Part shown: one piece after another, positions 47,169-56,023 of the stretch
How the letters are laid out: every line of letters begins with the position of its first letter
Numbering within the stretch: position 1 is the first letter of the stretch
Virus record (IMG/VR): IMGVR_UViG_3300032313_001582
Span: 1 to 64,000 of that record
Direction: 5' to 3' (one strand)
Origin: a virus
DNA length: 64,000 nucleotides
Translations under genes and position numbers: made by a program
The notes under the pieces: model-generated
Told to the model about the DNA's origin: nothing
The model's input: the letters and a program-made list of their open reading frames with translations, nothing else
The model's database searches: none

Positions 47169-50100
47169 ATGAATTACGATAACTATTACAAAAATGGCGG
47201 TATGACTAAAGAAGAGTCTATTTCTGCTATCGCTCTTAGAATTGGTGCAAGAAAAGAAGCAGTCGCCAAATTCGTAGAAGAAAACGACATTGATACTAAA
47301 AAAATGAACTCTGACTTGAAGTCGGGAAAAGTTTATTTCATGGACATTATCACTGCCATCGTTGGAAAACCGAACAATAAATACCAAAAGGAAATCATCA
47401 AAAAATATGGTTCTAAAATGGCTATGGGTGGTAAAACTCAGGGTTATGATGACCGAGAAGATGAGAGAGTAGGCATGGACTATGGTAAAATTGCAGGTAA
47501 AGATTTTGTAGGTAGTCATAGTCGTATGGAGCATTCTCGTAGAGATGATGCCAGATTTGAAGAAAGAATGGCAAAGGGTGGAGAACTTACCGATGATGAT
47601 TTCATAGTTGGTGATTTTTATTCGAACTCTTCTGAAGGTGGCAAATTTAAATTTGTAGGAAAAGATGAATCAGGTCGGTTGCGGTTTGAAGATTCAAAAG
47701 GAATTAATAGAATTTTTAGTCCAAAAAGAATGAATAAATATGCTGATGGTGGCATGATGGCAAGAGGTGGATATGTGAGCAAAGGAGAGTTGGTTTGGAA
47801 AAAATTAAGGAAAAGTGAAAGGATGAAGTTTTTACACGAAAATTTCACACCACAAATAACACCAAGAAGTCAAGAAACATTAGTGGATAAAGATTATAAT
47901 TTTCTTCCCAAAAATGTCAAAATTGTTATGGAAAGTAAATACGCGAATGTAGAAGACTATGCTGATGGTGGCATGATGGCAGAGGGAGGTGAAGTGTATT
48001 ATGTACGCGATTTTTACCCAAACTATGATGAGGACAAAATTGTATCAATTTTGAAGTCTAATGGTCTTAGAAAAGTTCGGAAAGCCAAGTTGTATGGAAT
48101 GTCAAATCTACCACAAGTAGCAGTTTTTGAGGGTGATAAAAACAAAGCCCAAGAGATTTTGGAAAAAGAATTTCCAGATAACTACATTTCGATTTATGAA
48201 AAAGATTGGGGTAGAAAAATGGCTGATGGTGGCGAAACTGAGCGTGATACAAATGGTATGTTGTACGCTCTTCAGGAGCATGTTTCAAGCGGTGAAATCG
48301 CCAGTAAGACAAATGCTTCAAAATATTCAGACATCGATGAAATCAGAAGCAAAGCGATTCAGTACTACATGGAAAATGGTGATAAACCATATTCGTATGC
48401 AGAATTGGAATCTGTGTTGAAGAAATTTGACCATACCAAATATGCTAAAGGTGGTCGTGTTTACAAAGATTGGACTGGAAGCAATTCAAAAGAAAATTGG
48501 GGTCAAGAAAATTTATATCCAAAATATAACAACTCTTTAGATTTAATTGCTGATGTATCGGATTATTATAAAGAACTTTCAAAGGATGTTAGTCAAAATT
48601 TTTCTGACGAACAGAAAAACGATATGATTGAAGTTCTAAAAACTGGCAAAAAAACATTTAATGATGGTGCAACATTGAAATTTGCTAATGGTGGTCGCAT
48701 TCAAGAAGAAGATGATTATTTATTAGGATATGAACCTTATTTTGAAAAAAATGTGCCCATCGCATCTATTGATAGAGAGAATAAAATAGTAAGACCAACA
48801 TCGGGGTATTTTCCTAAGCATCCAATGTCAAAAAAAGCAATCAACTGGGCAAAAAAACACGGTTATGATTACATCGCTGACGGCAAAAAATATGATGATG
48901 GAGGCGAAACCGAGCGTAAAGCAGAGGCACTCAAGACCGCAGTTGAAATTGCAACCATGGCTTACAATAATGGAGTTCGAGCGTCTGACATGTCGTTCGA
49001 AGATTTTTCAGATAGAATTTTTGGTTTGTCAAATACCAGTTATCCCATCGTTGATTTGAGATTGGCGTATCAGTCGATGAAGAATGCAAACTACGCTGAA
49101 GGTGGATATATTGATGAAGATGGACTTCATGAATTGGCACGATTGGTCATGGATAGTATTGACTATACCGTGAACATCTCTTTAGATGAATTCATCAAAG
49201 AAGTTAGCATGACTGGTTATCAAAGAGAACTTTGTATGTATGTCTTAAACATGTTCAATGAATATGAAAATCCAAAACCTCGTCTTGGTGAAGTTGAAGA
49301 GTTTCGTCTTGTAAGAGAAGGTATGTTTGAGTATATAAAAAATTATTATCTCAATGAATATCCAACTGATGATTTGGGTGCAGATATAAATCCAAAAGCA
49401 GATTTTGATGGTTTGCTTATGGTTTTAAATGAAGGAGATGATGTTTACGAATATCTTGGTGTTACCGATAGTTTGGTGAGAGAAAGGGTTTTTGAAAAAT
49501 TGGCTAATATCATGGGTGTAGAGTACAATGTAATTTATGATATGTGGTTGTCATCCGATGATAAATTTAAGCAAGGTGGCATAATGGCTAATGGAGGGAA
49601 GATTGCCAAGGATGACGTAAAGGATAAAATTTACTTCATGTACCAAAAATTTAAACTTGGAATGGGAGATGTTTTTGCAACAATTTTGCCTGAAAATCCA
49701 AATGGAGGAAAAATAAAATATGGTCTTCATATTCGTGACGTAGTTAATAACCCTTCAAGAACTCAAAAATATAATACACAAATTTTTGAATTGGATGCAC
49801 CTTATTATCCAGACTCAAATGGAGGTATAAGATATGCTCAGAATCATCCTTATGATGTATATAAATTCAAAGCGATAGGTATGGGTAATCACCTTTTGGT
49901 TGTGGAATTACCAAGCAAAGGTCGCAGAGGATTGAGCGATTTAATTTATGATATTCTCTATAAACAAAAGAATTATGATATTAATAATATCAATAATCAA
50001 GATAAAAATATTTTGCCGAAAGACTATCCTAATTTTTTCTTGAATGACTTATTTGTTTTCAAGGGAGATATGTTCAATTTGATGCGATTAATGGATAGAA

Positions 50101-52655
50101 TAGAATCGGAATTTAAGTATAAAGGAAATAAATTGTATAAAGATAAAACCCCTTATAAAATGACGATTATCTGGAACATTCCAGAATTAAGGGATTATAA
50201 TAACAAAATAACAACTCCTGCCACATACATACCAATAGTAGAAATCGAAAATGAATTAGAAGGCAATTCAAAAAAATTCGAAGTTGGTGGTGCTATCGAA
50301 AACCAATACGAAGGTAGAACCCCCGAAGACATTTGGGATAGCCTTGACCGTGACCAGAGATACCACTTCATTGACGACCATGCACTTCAAATAGAAATGT
50401 TGCAAGATAAAAATTATGATTTTAATTCGGACAAATTTCCAGAGTCAATAAGCAATGATTTAGTCAAGAAATCCATGCGCTCTGACTGGAAAGACTTGGA
50501 TGAAACGATACAAAATAGATTTGCAAATCATGTTAGAACGGGTGAATACGCCAAGGGTGGTGAAATTCGTTCTCAAAAAGAATTTAATAATCTTGTAGAG
50601 GAAAAACGAAGGCTTGTAAAAAATCTTTCTCCAAAAGAAGTTGCAGAAATGTGGAATCGAAATACTATTGGTAGCCCAAATAGAATGACCGAAGAAGAGG
50701 CTAAAATGTCCAAGGCAAAAATTTATTTGTCAGATTTATTAGTCGAAAAAGAATTAACAGAAGCAGAATATAATCAATATTTTGCAAAAGGTGGCATGAT
50801 GGCTGATGGTGGTGCTATCGAAAACCAATATGAAGGTAGAACTGCTAAGGACATTTGGGAATCTTGGAATCATGAGCAAAAAATTCATTTTTTTATAGAC
50901 CATAAAGAACATACATACTATAACATGGGGGGTAAAGAATTTGTCGTATCTAAAAATGATAGAGAAAAGTATGTAGGTATGAGTTATGATGATTTACCAA
51001 AAACTGTAAGACTTATGATTTCCGACCATGTTGAAGAAGGTCAATACGCAAATGGTGGTGAAATTGGTTCTATGATAACCTATAAAGGCAGAAAAACAAA
51101 AATTTTAGATGCTTACAAGGATAAAGCATTTGGTGATAGGATGGTTTACAAGGTAAATACACCTTTGTATGAAAATATAAAAAATTCTCCCATGACTAAA
51201 ACTATAATTACGCAAGATGAAAATGGTGAATATAGAAAAATAGAAAGAAGTGATTATGTTGATAAAATGGCTAAAGGTGGTGAAATATCTGAACAAAATA
51301 AAATTAACAAAAAGGTTCTTGCATTAGTTCAGAAAGCAAATATTGATTCAAAATTAGAATTCGGTCAACTTGTTGTGTCTGCTCTCACTGATGCTAATGC
51401 TCATTCTGAAGTTAGGAAGTTCATTTCTATCATTGAGAAAAAACCAGAATGGGCAGAAAAGCCAAAAGAGATTGACATGAAATTGCCTCGTGAAGAATAT
51501 GAAAAACAAAGGGCAAAAACAGTTTATAGTTCTAAATATTATGATGCAAATGAAGAAATAAATGATTTGGGAATAAAAATCGCCAACATGTTTGGATGGG
51601 ATTTCGAAGGCATTTTGGATTCATTAATTTTTGCTTCAAAAATGTCAGGTCGTAATGATGTTGCAGAAGTTTTAGAAAAACTGAACACTGATGATGATAA
51701 ACAAGATGCAACAAAAAACAAATGGGATTACACCGATGTGGATGACATTGAATATGTTGTTGTTAAAGACAAAAGCGGAAAAGAACTCAGGTTTGCTGGA
51801 AAGCACGTTTTAAGTGGTGTTCATGACCTTCTGGAAAAAGGCGGTAAACTATCTGAAAAAGGTAAATACTATTCAAAAGACAATGTAGTGTCAGTAGTAG
51901 TTGGAGGCAAAAACATCATCGATAAAAACACTGTTTCTGGTGTTTGGATTATGAAAGATGCAAAACCCATCGCGGATGATGTTGCCGACATGAAAATTGG
52001 AAAAACTACCATTAGAAAAGGTTTTAATGGATGGGTTGGTAAAACCATGGTTGACAACTTCAAAGGTTTTGATTGGGATATAACCACAATTAAAACCTCA
52101 AGGGGCGATTTGGTGACTACTGCTCAAGGTGGTAAATCCCAAGATAATAATGGATATAAGTCATTCTCTTTTATGTTGTTCCAAGACCCTAACATTCGTT
52201 TGAAAGTTTCCCGTCCAGCCCGTGTGACTGATAAAGTTGTGTCTGCACAACATGAAGAGGCTTTGAAAGAATTCAAAGAAAGACAGGAAGAAATTGCCGA
52301 AATGGTAGACCAGATTCAAGCCAAGAAAAAAATGGCTGATGGCGGTGCAATCGGATTTGATGCATTGGCAAAAAAGGTTGCCAAAAACTATGAGGGCGAT
52401 AAAGTAAAGAAGCAATACCAAGATGAGTATGGTAAAACATACGACAAGAAAGAAGCCGAAGAAGTTGGTAAAAAAGTAGCCGCGAAAGTGTATCGTCAGC
52501 AAAAAGCAAAAGGCAAAATGGCAAAAGGTGGTGAAACATCCAATTACCGAACTAATAGTAAATTAGCAAGAATTTCCGCAAAAGCCAAAGAGATTCGTAA
52601 GGCAAACGAACCATGGAGAGATGCTTTCAAAAGAGCGAAAGCAATGATTGGCTAA
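47169..52655 (+). CDS. Polyprotein E (about 23 xxxGG linkers)
   Basis: 1828 aa; internally duplicated modules; basic C-terminal module. Confidence 0.88.
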   Translation: MNYDNYYKNGGMTKEESISAIALRIGARKEAVAKFVEENDIDTKKMNSDLKSGKVYFMDIITAIVGKPNNKYQKEIIKKYGSKMAMGGKTQGYDDREDERVGMDYGKIAGKDFVGSHSRMEHSRRDDARFEERMAKGGELTDDDFIVGDFYSNSSEGGKFKFVGKDESGRLRFEDSKGINRIFSPKRMNKYADGGMMARGGYVSKGELVWKKLRKSERMKFLHENFTPQITPRSQETLVDKDYNFLPKNVKIVMESKYANVEDYADGGMMAEGGEVYYVRDFYPNYDEDKIVSILKSNGLRKVRKAKLYGMSNLPQVAVFEGDKNKAQEILEKEFPDNYISIYEKDWGRKMADGGETERDTNGMLYALQEHVSSGEIASKTNASKYSDIDEIRSKAIQYYMENGDKPYSYAELESVLKKFDHTKYAKGGRVYKDWTGSNSKENWGQENLYPKYNNSLDLIADVSDYYKELSKDVSQNFSDEQKNDMIEVLKTGKKTFNDGATLKFANGGRIQEEDDYLLGYEPYFEKNVPIASIDRENKIVRPTSGYFPKHPMSKKAINWAKKHGYDYIADGKKYDDGGETERKAEALKTAVEIATMAYNNGVRASDMSFEDFSDRIFGLSNTSYPIVDLRLAYQSMKNANYAEGGYIDEDGLHELARLVMDSIDYTVNISLDEFIKEVSMTGYQRELCMYVLNMFNEYENPKPRLGEVEEFRLVREGMFEYIKNYYLNEYPTDDLGADINPKADFDGLLMVLNEGDDVYEYLGVTDSLVRERVFEKLANIMGVEYNVIYDMWLSSDDKFKQGGIMANGGKIAKDDVKDKIYFMYQKFKLGMGDVFATILPENPNGGKIKYGLHIRDVVNNPSRTQKYNTQIFELDAPYYPDSNGGIRYAQNHPYDVYKFKAIGMGNHLLVVELPSKGRRGLSDLIYDILYKQKNYDINNINNQDKNILPKDYPNFFLNDLFVFKGDMFNLMRLMDRIESEFKYKGNKLYKDKTPYKMTIIWNIPELRDYNNKITTPATYIPIVEIENELEGNSKKFEVGGAIENQYEGRTPEDIWDSLDRDQRYHFIDDHALQIEMLQDKNYDFNSDKFPESISNDLVKKSMRSDWKDLDETIQNRFANHVRTGEYAKGGEIRSQKEFNNLVEEKRRLVKNLSPKEVAEMWNRNTIGSPNRMTEEEAKMSKAKIYLSDLLVEKELTEAEYNQYFAKGGMMADGGAIENQYEGRTAKDIWESWNHEQKIHFFIDHKEHTYYNMGGKEFVVSKNDREKYVGMSYDDLPKTVRLMISDHVEEGQYANGGEIGSMITYKGRKTKILDAYKDKAFGDRMVYKVNTPLYENIKNSPMTKTIITQDENGEYRKIERSDYVDKMAKGGEISEQNKINKKVLALVQKANIDSKLEFGQLVVSALTDANAHSEVRKFISIIEKKPEWAEKPKEIDMKLPREEYEKQRAKTVYSSKYYDANEEINDLGIKIANMFGWDFEGILDSLIFASKMSGRNDVAEVLEKLNTDDDKQDATKNKWDYTDVDDIEYVVVKDKSGKELRFAGKHVLSGVHDLLEKGGKLSEKGKYYSKDNVVSVVVGGKNIIDKNTVSGVWIMKDAKPIADDVADMKIGKTTIRKGFNGWVGKTMVDNFKGFDWDITTIKTSRGDLVTTAQGGKSQDNNGYKSFSFMLFQDPNIRLKVSRPARVTDKVVSAQHEEALKEFKERQEEIAEMVDQIQAKKKMADGGAIGFDALAKKVAKNYEGDKVKKQYQDEYGKTYDKKEAEEVGKKVAAKVYRQQKAKGKMAKGGETSNYRTNSKLARISAKAKEIRKANEPWRDAFKRAKAMIG

Positions 52656-52693
52656 AAAAAAATAAGTAAATTGCAAACTCAAAAATAGACAAC

Positions 52694-53308
52694 ATGAAAA
52701 AAATTCAAGATGTATTGGACGAAGTGGACTTGGACTTGGAAGCACTTCCAGCCCCCACACAAAAACGGGTTCAGACCTACGCACTTTTAGAGAAGCAGTT
52801 GATTTCTGCTAAACTCGAATTAGAAGCATTGGAAGAACCAGACGTTGAAAAACATGAGCAGTATGAAGATTCTGTAAATTATTTCAATGATTACGAAGAA
52901 GATGTAATTCAATCAATTCGGGCTTATGCAGTGCGTTTAGAACAAGAATTGCAAGCAAAAGCAATGAAGGAAAGACGCGATGCTGAATTGAAAGAAAAAC
53001 AAAATCAAGAAAAAATCAGAGCCAGAAGAGAACAAGAGGAAAAAGAAAGAAACGCACAGAACAAAGCCAAGGCTGAAGCAGAGGAAAGAGCAAGAAAATC
53101 AAAGGCTCAAATGGAATCGGCTCAAGCCAAAGCAGACGAAGAAGCAAGAAAAGCCAAAGAGGAAGCGGAAGAAAATGCCAGAAAAGAAGCAGAAGAACAA
53201 GAAAAATTAAATCAACCGAAGAAAAAATCGGGTGGATTAGGTTGGCTTCTCGCTGGACTCGGCATTGTAGCCGCGGTTGTAACCTTGGGAGCGACTAAAG
53301 ACAAGTAA
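52694..53308 (+). CDS. Coiled-coil protein with a C-terminal TM anchor
   Basis: E/K/A-rich helix followed by GLGWLLAGLGIVAAVVTLG. Confidence 0.8.
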   Translation: MKKIQDVLDEVDLDLEALPAPTQKRVQTYALLEKQLISAKLELEALEEPDVEKHEQYEDSVNYFNDYEEDVIQSIRAYAVRLEQELQAKAMKERRDAELKEKQNQEKIRARREQEEKERNAQNKAKAEAEERARKSKAQMESAQAKADEEARKAKEEAEENARKEAEEQEKLNQPKKKSGGLGWLLAGLGIVAAVVTLGATKDK

Positions 53309-53311
53309 ACT

Positions 53312-53503
53312 ATGAAGGTGCAGGAACAGAAATTTTTGATAGACCCACAACCAGTGAGATTATTGGATGTTTTTGTTGTTGCACCTTTTTTATTTTACAC
53401 TGCTTACAAATTTGACTTACCAAAGCCCGTTAAAATGGGTCTTTATGTATTGTCAGTATCAACACTGGTGTATAATGGATACAATTATTTGAAGAACTCA
53501 TGA
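53312..53503 (+). CDS. Small 2-TM membrane protein
   Basis: QPVRLLDVFVVAP...TLVYNGYNYL. Confidence 0.7.
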   Translation: MKVQEQKFLIDPQPVRLLDVFVVAPFLFYTAYKFDLPKPVKMGLYVLSVSTLVYNGYNYLKNS

Positions 53504-53805
53504 GTTACAAAATAACCCCATATACACTTGCTCAAGCAGACAAACTTGGAGTTGTAGTAAAGCCATCAAAGGTTAACGGCAAAAAAATAGATGTTTTTAA
53601 AAATGTAAAAGGTCAAATGGTCAAAGTAGCAAGTGTTGGTGCTTTGGGATATAATGACTATCCTACTTTTATGGAACTGGAAAAAAAGGGAAAATTCCCA
53701 ACTGGTACTGCTGAAAAAAGAAGGAGAGCATATAAAAATAGACATCAAAAAGATAGAACCATTCGTGGTAGCAATGGATGGTACGCTGATAAACTTTTAT
53801 GGTAA
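53500..53805 (+). CDS. Basic viral protein, DUF5754-like
   Basis: KKIDV...GALGYNDY...RRRAYKNRH...YADKLLW. Confidence 0.7.
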   Translation: MSYKITPYTLAQADKLGVVVKPSKVNGKKIDVFKNVKGQMVKVASVGALGYNDYPTFMELEKKGKFPTGTAEKRRRAYKNRHQKDRTIRGSNGWYADKLLW

Positions 53806-53810
53806 ATACT

Positions 53811-54389
53811 ATGAATATAACAAGACAAAACATCGAAAAAGCAATGAAGGCAAAAGGTTTTGCCTACTTTGAAAACGGAGAATTTAATGTTAACATTATA
53901 GGTATCCGAAATGGCTCAACTGGAAAAAGAGTAACCAATCAATTTGATGATTGGATGACGCTTTCTTATAAAGTAAATGGTGAATGGAAATTTGCTATTT
54001 GGAATTGTACCGTCGATAACGGAGATGGCTCTGCAAGACTTGTAGAAGGTCAATATAGAGGTAGTTTCACTATTGGTAAACATCAGGGTAAATATGATGC
54101 TTTAAAGCAATGTAAACCATTGAAAGTATATCGTGACTGGAACTTAAAAGATGGTACTTACGATGAGAGTAAGATTTACAACGATGTCGCTGGATTAAAC
54201 ATTCACAAGGCAGGTGCGGATAGCATAAATGTAAATAACTGGTCAGAAGGGTGTCAAGTATTCAAAAGAGAAAAAGAATTTTTGGCATTTATGGAAATCA
54301 TTTTCAAAGCGGAAAAAATCCATGGGAAATTTTTTACCTATACTTTGATTAACTCGAACGATTTAGACCAAACTTCTAAATTAGATTAA
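53811..54389 (+). CDS. Putative endolysin, L,D-transpeptidase (YkuD)-like fold
   Basis: NIIGIR, FDD, and GLNIHKAG...WSEGCQV (His...SxGC). Confidence 0.7.
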   Translation: MNITRQNIEKAMKAKGFAYFENGEFNVNIIGIRNGSTGKRVTNQFDDWMTLSYKVNGEWKFAIWNCTVDNGDGSARLVEGQYRGSFTIGKHQGKYDALKQCKPLKVYRDWNLKDGTYDESKIYNDVAGLNIHKAGADSINVNNWSEGCQVFKREKEFLAFMEIIFKAEKIHGKFFTYTLINSNDLDQTSKLD

Positions 54390-54390
54390 T

Positions 54391-54669
54391 ATGGCAACTG
54401 TTAAAAAACCAACGGCACTACCAGTTTCGTTTGAACAATTCAAAAAGAACCCCGTAGCCGCGGTTGCATTTTGCATGTTAGCCGCGGTGAGTTATTTGTA
54501 TTTAGACTTAAAATCTGGATATAAAGACCAAATAGAAAACCTTAACAAAAAATTAGATTTGTACGATGCAAAAGTTGACAAAATGAACTACGCTCTTAAA
54601 AGGAGTGATTCAACTCTCGCTTCTGCAATTACTGAATTACGAATCATAACCACAGTGAAAAAATTATGA
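54391..54669 (+). CDS. TM plus coiled-coil protein (holin/spanin-like)
   Basis: TM followed by a heptad coil; follows the lysin gene. Confidence 0.55.
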   Translation: MATVKKPTALPVSFEQFKKNPVAAVAFCMLAAVSYLYLDLKSGYKDQIENLNKKLDLYDAKVDKMNYALKRSDSTLASAITELRIITTVKKL

Positions 54670-55088
54670 AAAAAGAACTTATTATTTTAATGTTGGCAAT
54701 TATCGCATTAGATAATATCATGCCACTCCAAGCGATACAACAAAAGCCAATAGACGATGTAGAAGCGATGCTAAAAAACATTGAAAACAATTTGAAAATG
54801 GCATCACAAGTTACTTCAGTTGCAAAATCTGCTGGTGAAAAATTAGTAACTGCTAAAGTTCAAGAAAAAGCAGATTTAAAACAGGCAGTTGAAGATGCAA
54901 AAGCAGAGGTTTCTAATTTGAAAAAGCAAAACGATGTATTTGCTAATAAAATGTTAGAAGCAGGAATTGATACTTCGCAAAAAGTAGACAATTTTCAGTT
55001 TTACGGTCCTTTGTGGGACGAGTACCAATTGTACATCAAGGATGGCGGAACATCCGATTTTGAATATTATAGACTTTATAAAAAATAA
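54666..55088 (+). CDS. Signal/TM plus coiled-coil protein (lysis accessory candidate)
   Basis: N-terminal hydrophobic segment and coiled coil. Confidence 0.55.
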   Translation: MKKELIILMLAIIALDNIMPLQAIQQKPIDDVEAMLKNIENNLKMASQVTSVAKSAGEKLVTAKVQEKADLKQAVEDAKAEVSNLKKQNDVFANKMLEAGIDTSQKVDNFQFYGPLWDEYQLYIKDGGTSDFEYYRLYKK

Positions 55089-55091
55089 AAT

Positions 55092-55331
55092 ATGAATTTA
55101 GACTCTTTTTCAAGAAATAGTCGCTCATTGGTAGCGTTTTTCATCATCATTTGTGGATTTGGAATTCTATTCTCAATCATTTTTTGGGACTTTCCATCAG
55201 ACCAAAAAGACATTTATTACTCAATTGCAGGCGTAGTCGGTACTTTACTTGGATTAGTAGTTTCGTATTATTTTGGAGCAAGTAAAACAGAAACAAATCA
55301 TGAATCAAATAATTCAAATACTAATAAATAA
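55092..55331 (+). CDS. 2-TM holin-like protein
   Basis: Two TM helices ending VVSYYFGAS. Confidence 0.6.
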   Translation: MNLDSFSRNSRSLVAFFIIICGFGILFSIIFWDFPSDQKDIYYSIAGVVGTLLGLVVSYYFGASKTETNHESNNSNTNK

Positions 55332-55402
55332 GATACGACCTTTGTGTAATCCATCTAATTTGAAAAAATTTATTAATTTTGTTTTAAGTAAAAAAAAGAA
55401 TC

Positions 55403-55516
55403 ATGAATAACAAAATGAATTTCGGAACTGCAATCATTGGTTTAGCAATCACTTTGGGCACTATCTATGTAGTTGCTTACGTTGCTGGCAAAGGATGGGA
55501 AAAAGGAAGTAAATAA
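55403..55516 (+). CDS. 37-aa single-TM microprotein (missing from the ORF track)
   Basis: MNNKMNFGTAIIGLAITLGTIYVVAYVAGKGWEKGSK; after a TAATTTTG box; TAATG coupling to the next gene. Confidence 0.7.
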   Translation: MNNKMNFGTAIIGLAITLGTIYVVAYVAGKGWEKGSK

Positions 55517-56022
55517 TGAAGAAAGTTTTTGAGGAAATATTGAATGCCTCAAAAGGGGAATATGGTGCTGGTGTTTTGTACGCTGGTGCGGTAGGACTTA
55601 TACTTTCGGATATAATTCCGACACCTGCGAATGCTATTTACTATTACACCGAAAAAAGACTTCGCGAGAAATGGAAAAATGGCGAAATAACTCCAGAAAA
55701 GTATTGGAAGAAAACTGCAATGGCACATTATCTTTATAGTCCAATGTGGTGGATTTTGGTACTTGCAGTCATTTACAATGTCGAAGGAGATTTGGTTAAA
55801 AAAGCCAAAATAGGTTTAGCAGTGACTGGTGCTGGTGCATTAGTTGGAATAATTTATAAAACACGTTCTCAGGACATTAATCAAATAAGGGAAGAGGTTT
55901 TAGCAACTCAAGAGCCAAAAGTAGAGTTTGCTGGAACTGAAAAGCCAAATTTAAAAGACCACATGAAATCGGGTCAATATAGACAAGTGATTAGAAGGGG
56001 TCAACACATAAAATTCGTATAG
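55516..56022 (+). CDS. Multi-TM membrane protein
   Basis: Three hydrophobic segments. Confidence 0.75.
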   Translation: MKKVFEEILNASKGEYGAGVLYAGAVGLILSDIIPTPANAIYYYTEKRLREKWKNGEITPEKYWKKTAMAHYLYSPMWWILVLAVIYNVEGDLVKKAKIGLAVTGAGALVGIIYKTRSQDINQIREEVLATQEPKVEFAGTEKPNLKDHMKSGQYRQVIRRGQHIKFV

Positions 56023-56023
56023 T

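Noticed and set aside
41425-50810. GGTGG followed by ATG as internal Shine-Dalgarno translation starts
   Set aside because: Genuine starts here lack SD motifs, spacing is inconsistent and many linkers have no following Met; not fully excluded
39847-52655. MADGG DNA repeats as a CRISPR array or attC-type sites
   Set aside because: The repeats are short, in frame, non-palindromic and irregularly spaced; no cas or integrase gene is present
39847-52655. Large proteins as tape-measure or tail-fibre proteins
   Set aside because: They lack long Ala/Gly-rich helical or TM tape-measure character, no tail genes are nearby, and they consist of heterogeneous globular modules
39847-52655. GG motifs as bacteriocin double-glycine leaders or a ubiquitin-like E1/E2 system
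   Set aside because: No LSxxEL-type leader consensus, C39 ABC transporter, E1/E2/JAB gene or evident beta-grasp domain is present in the window
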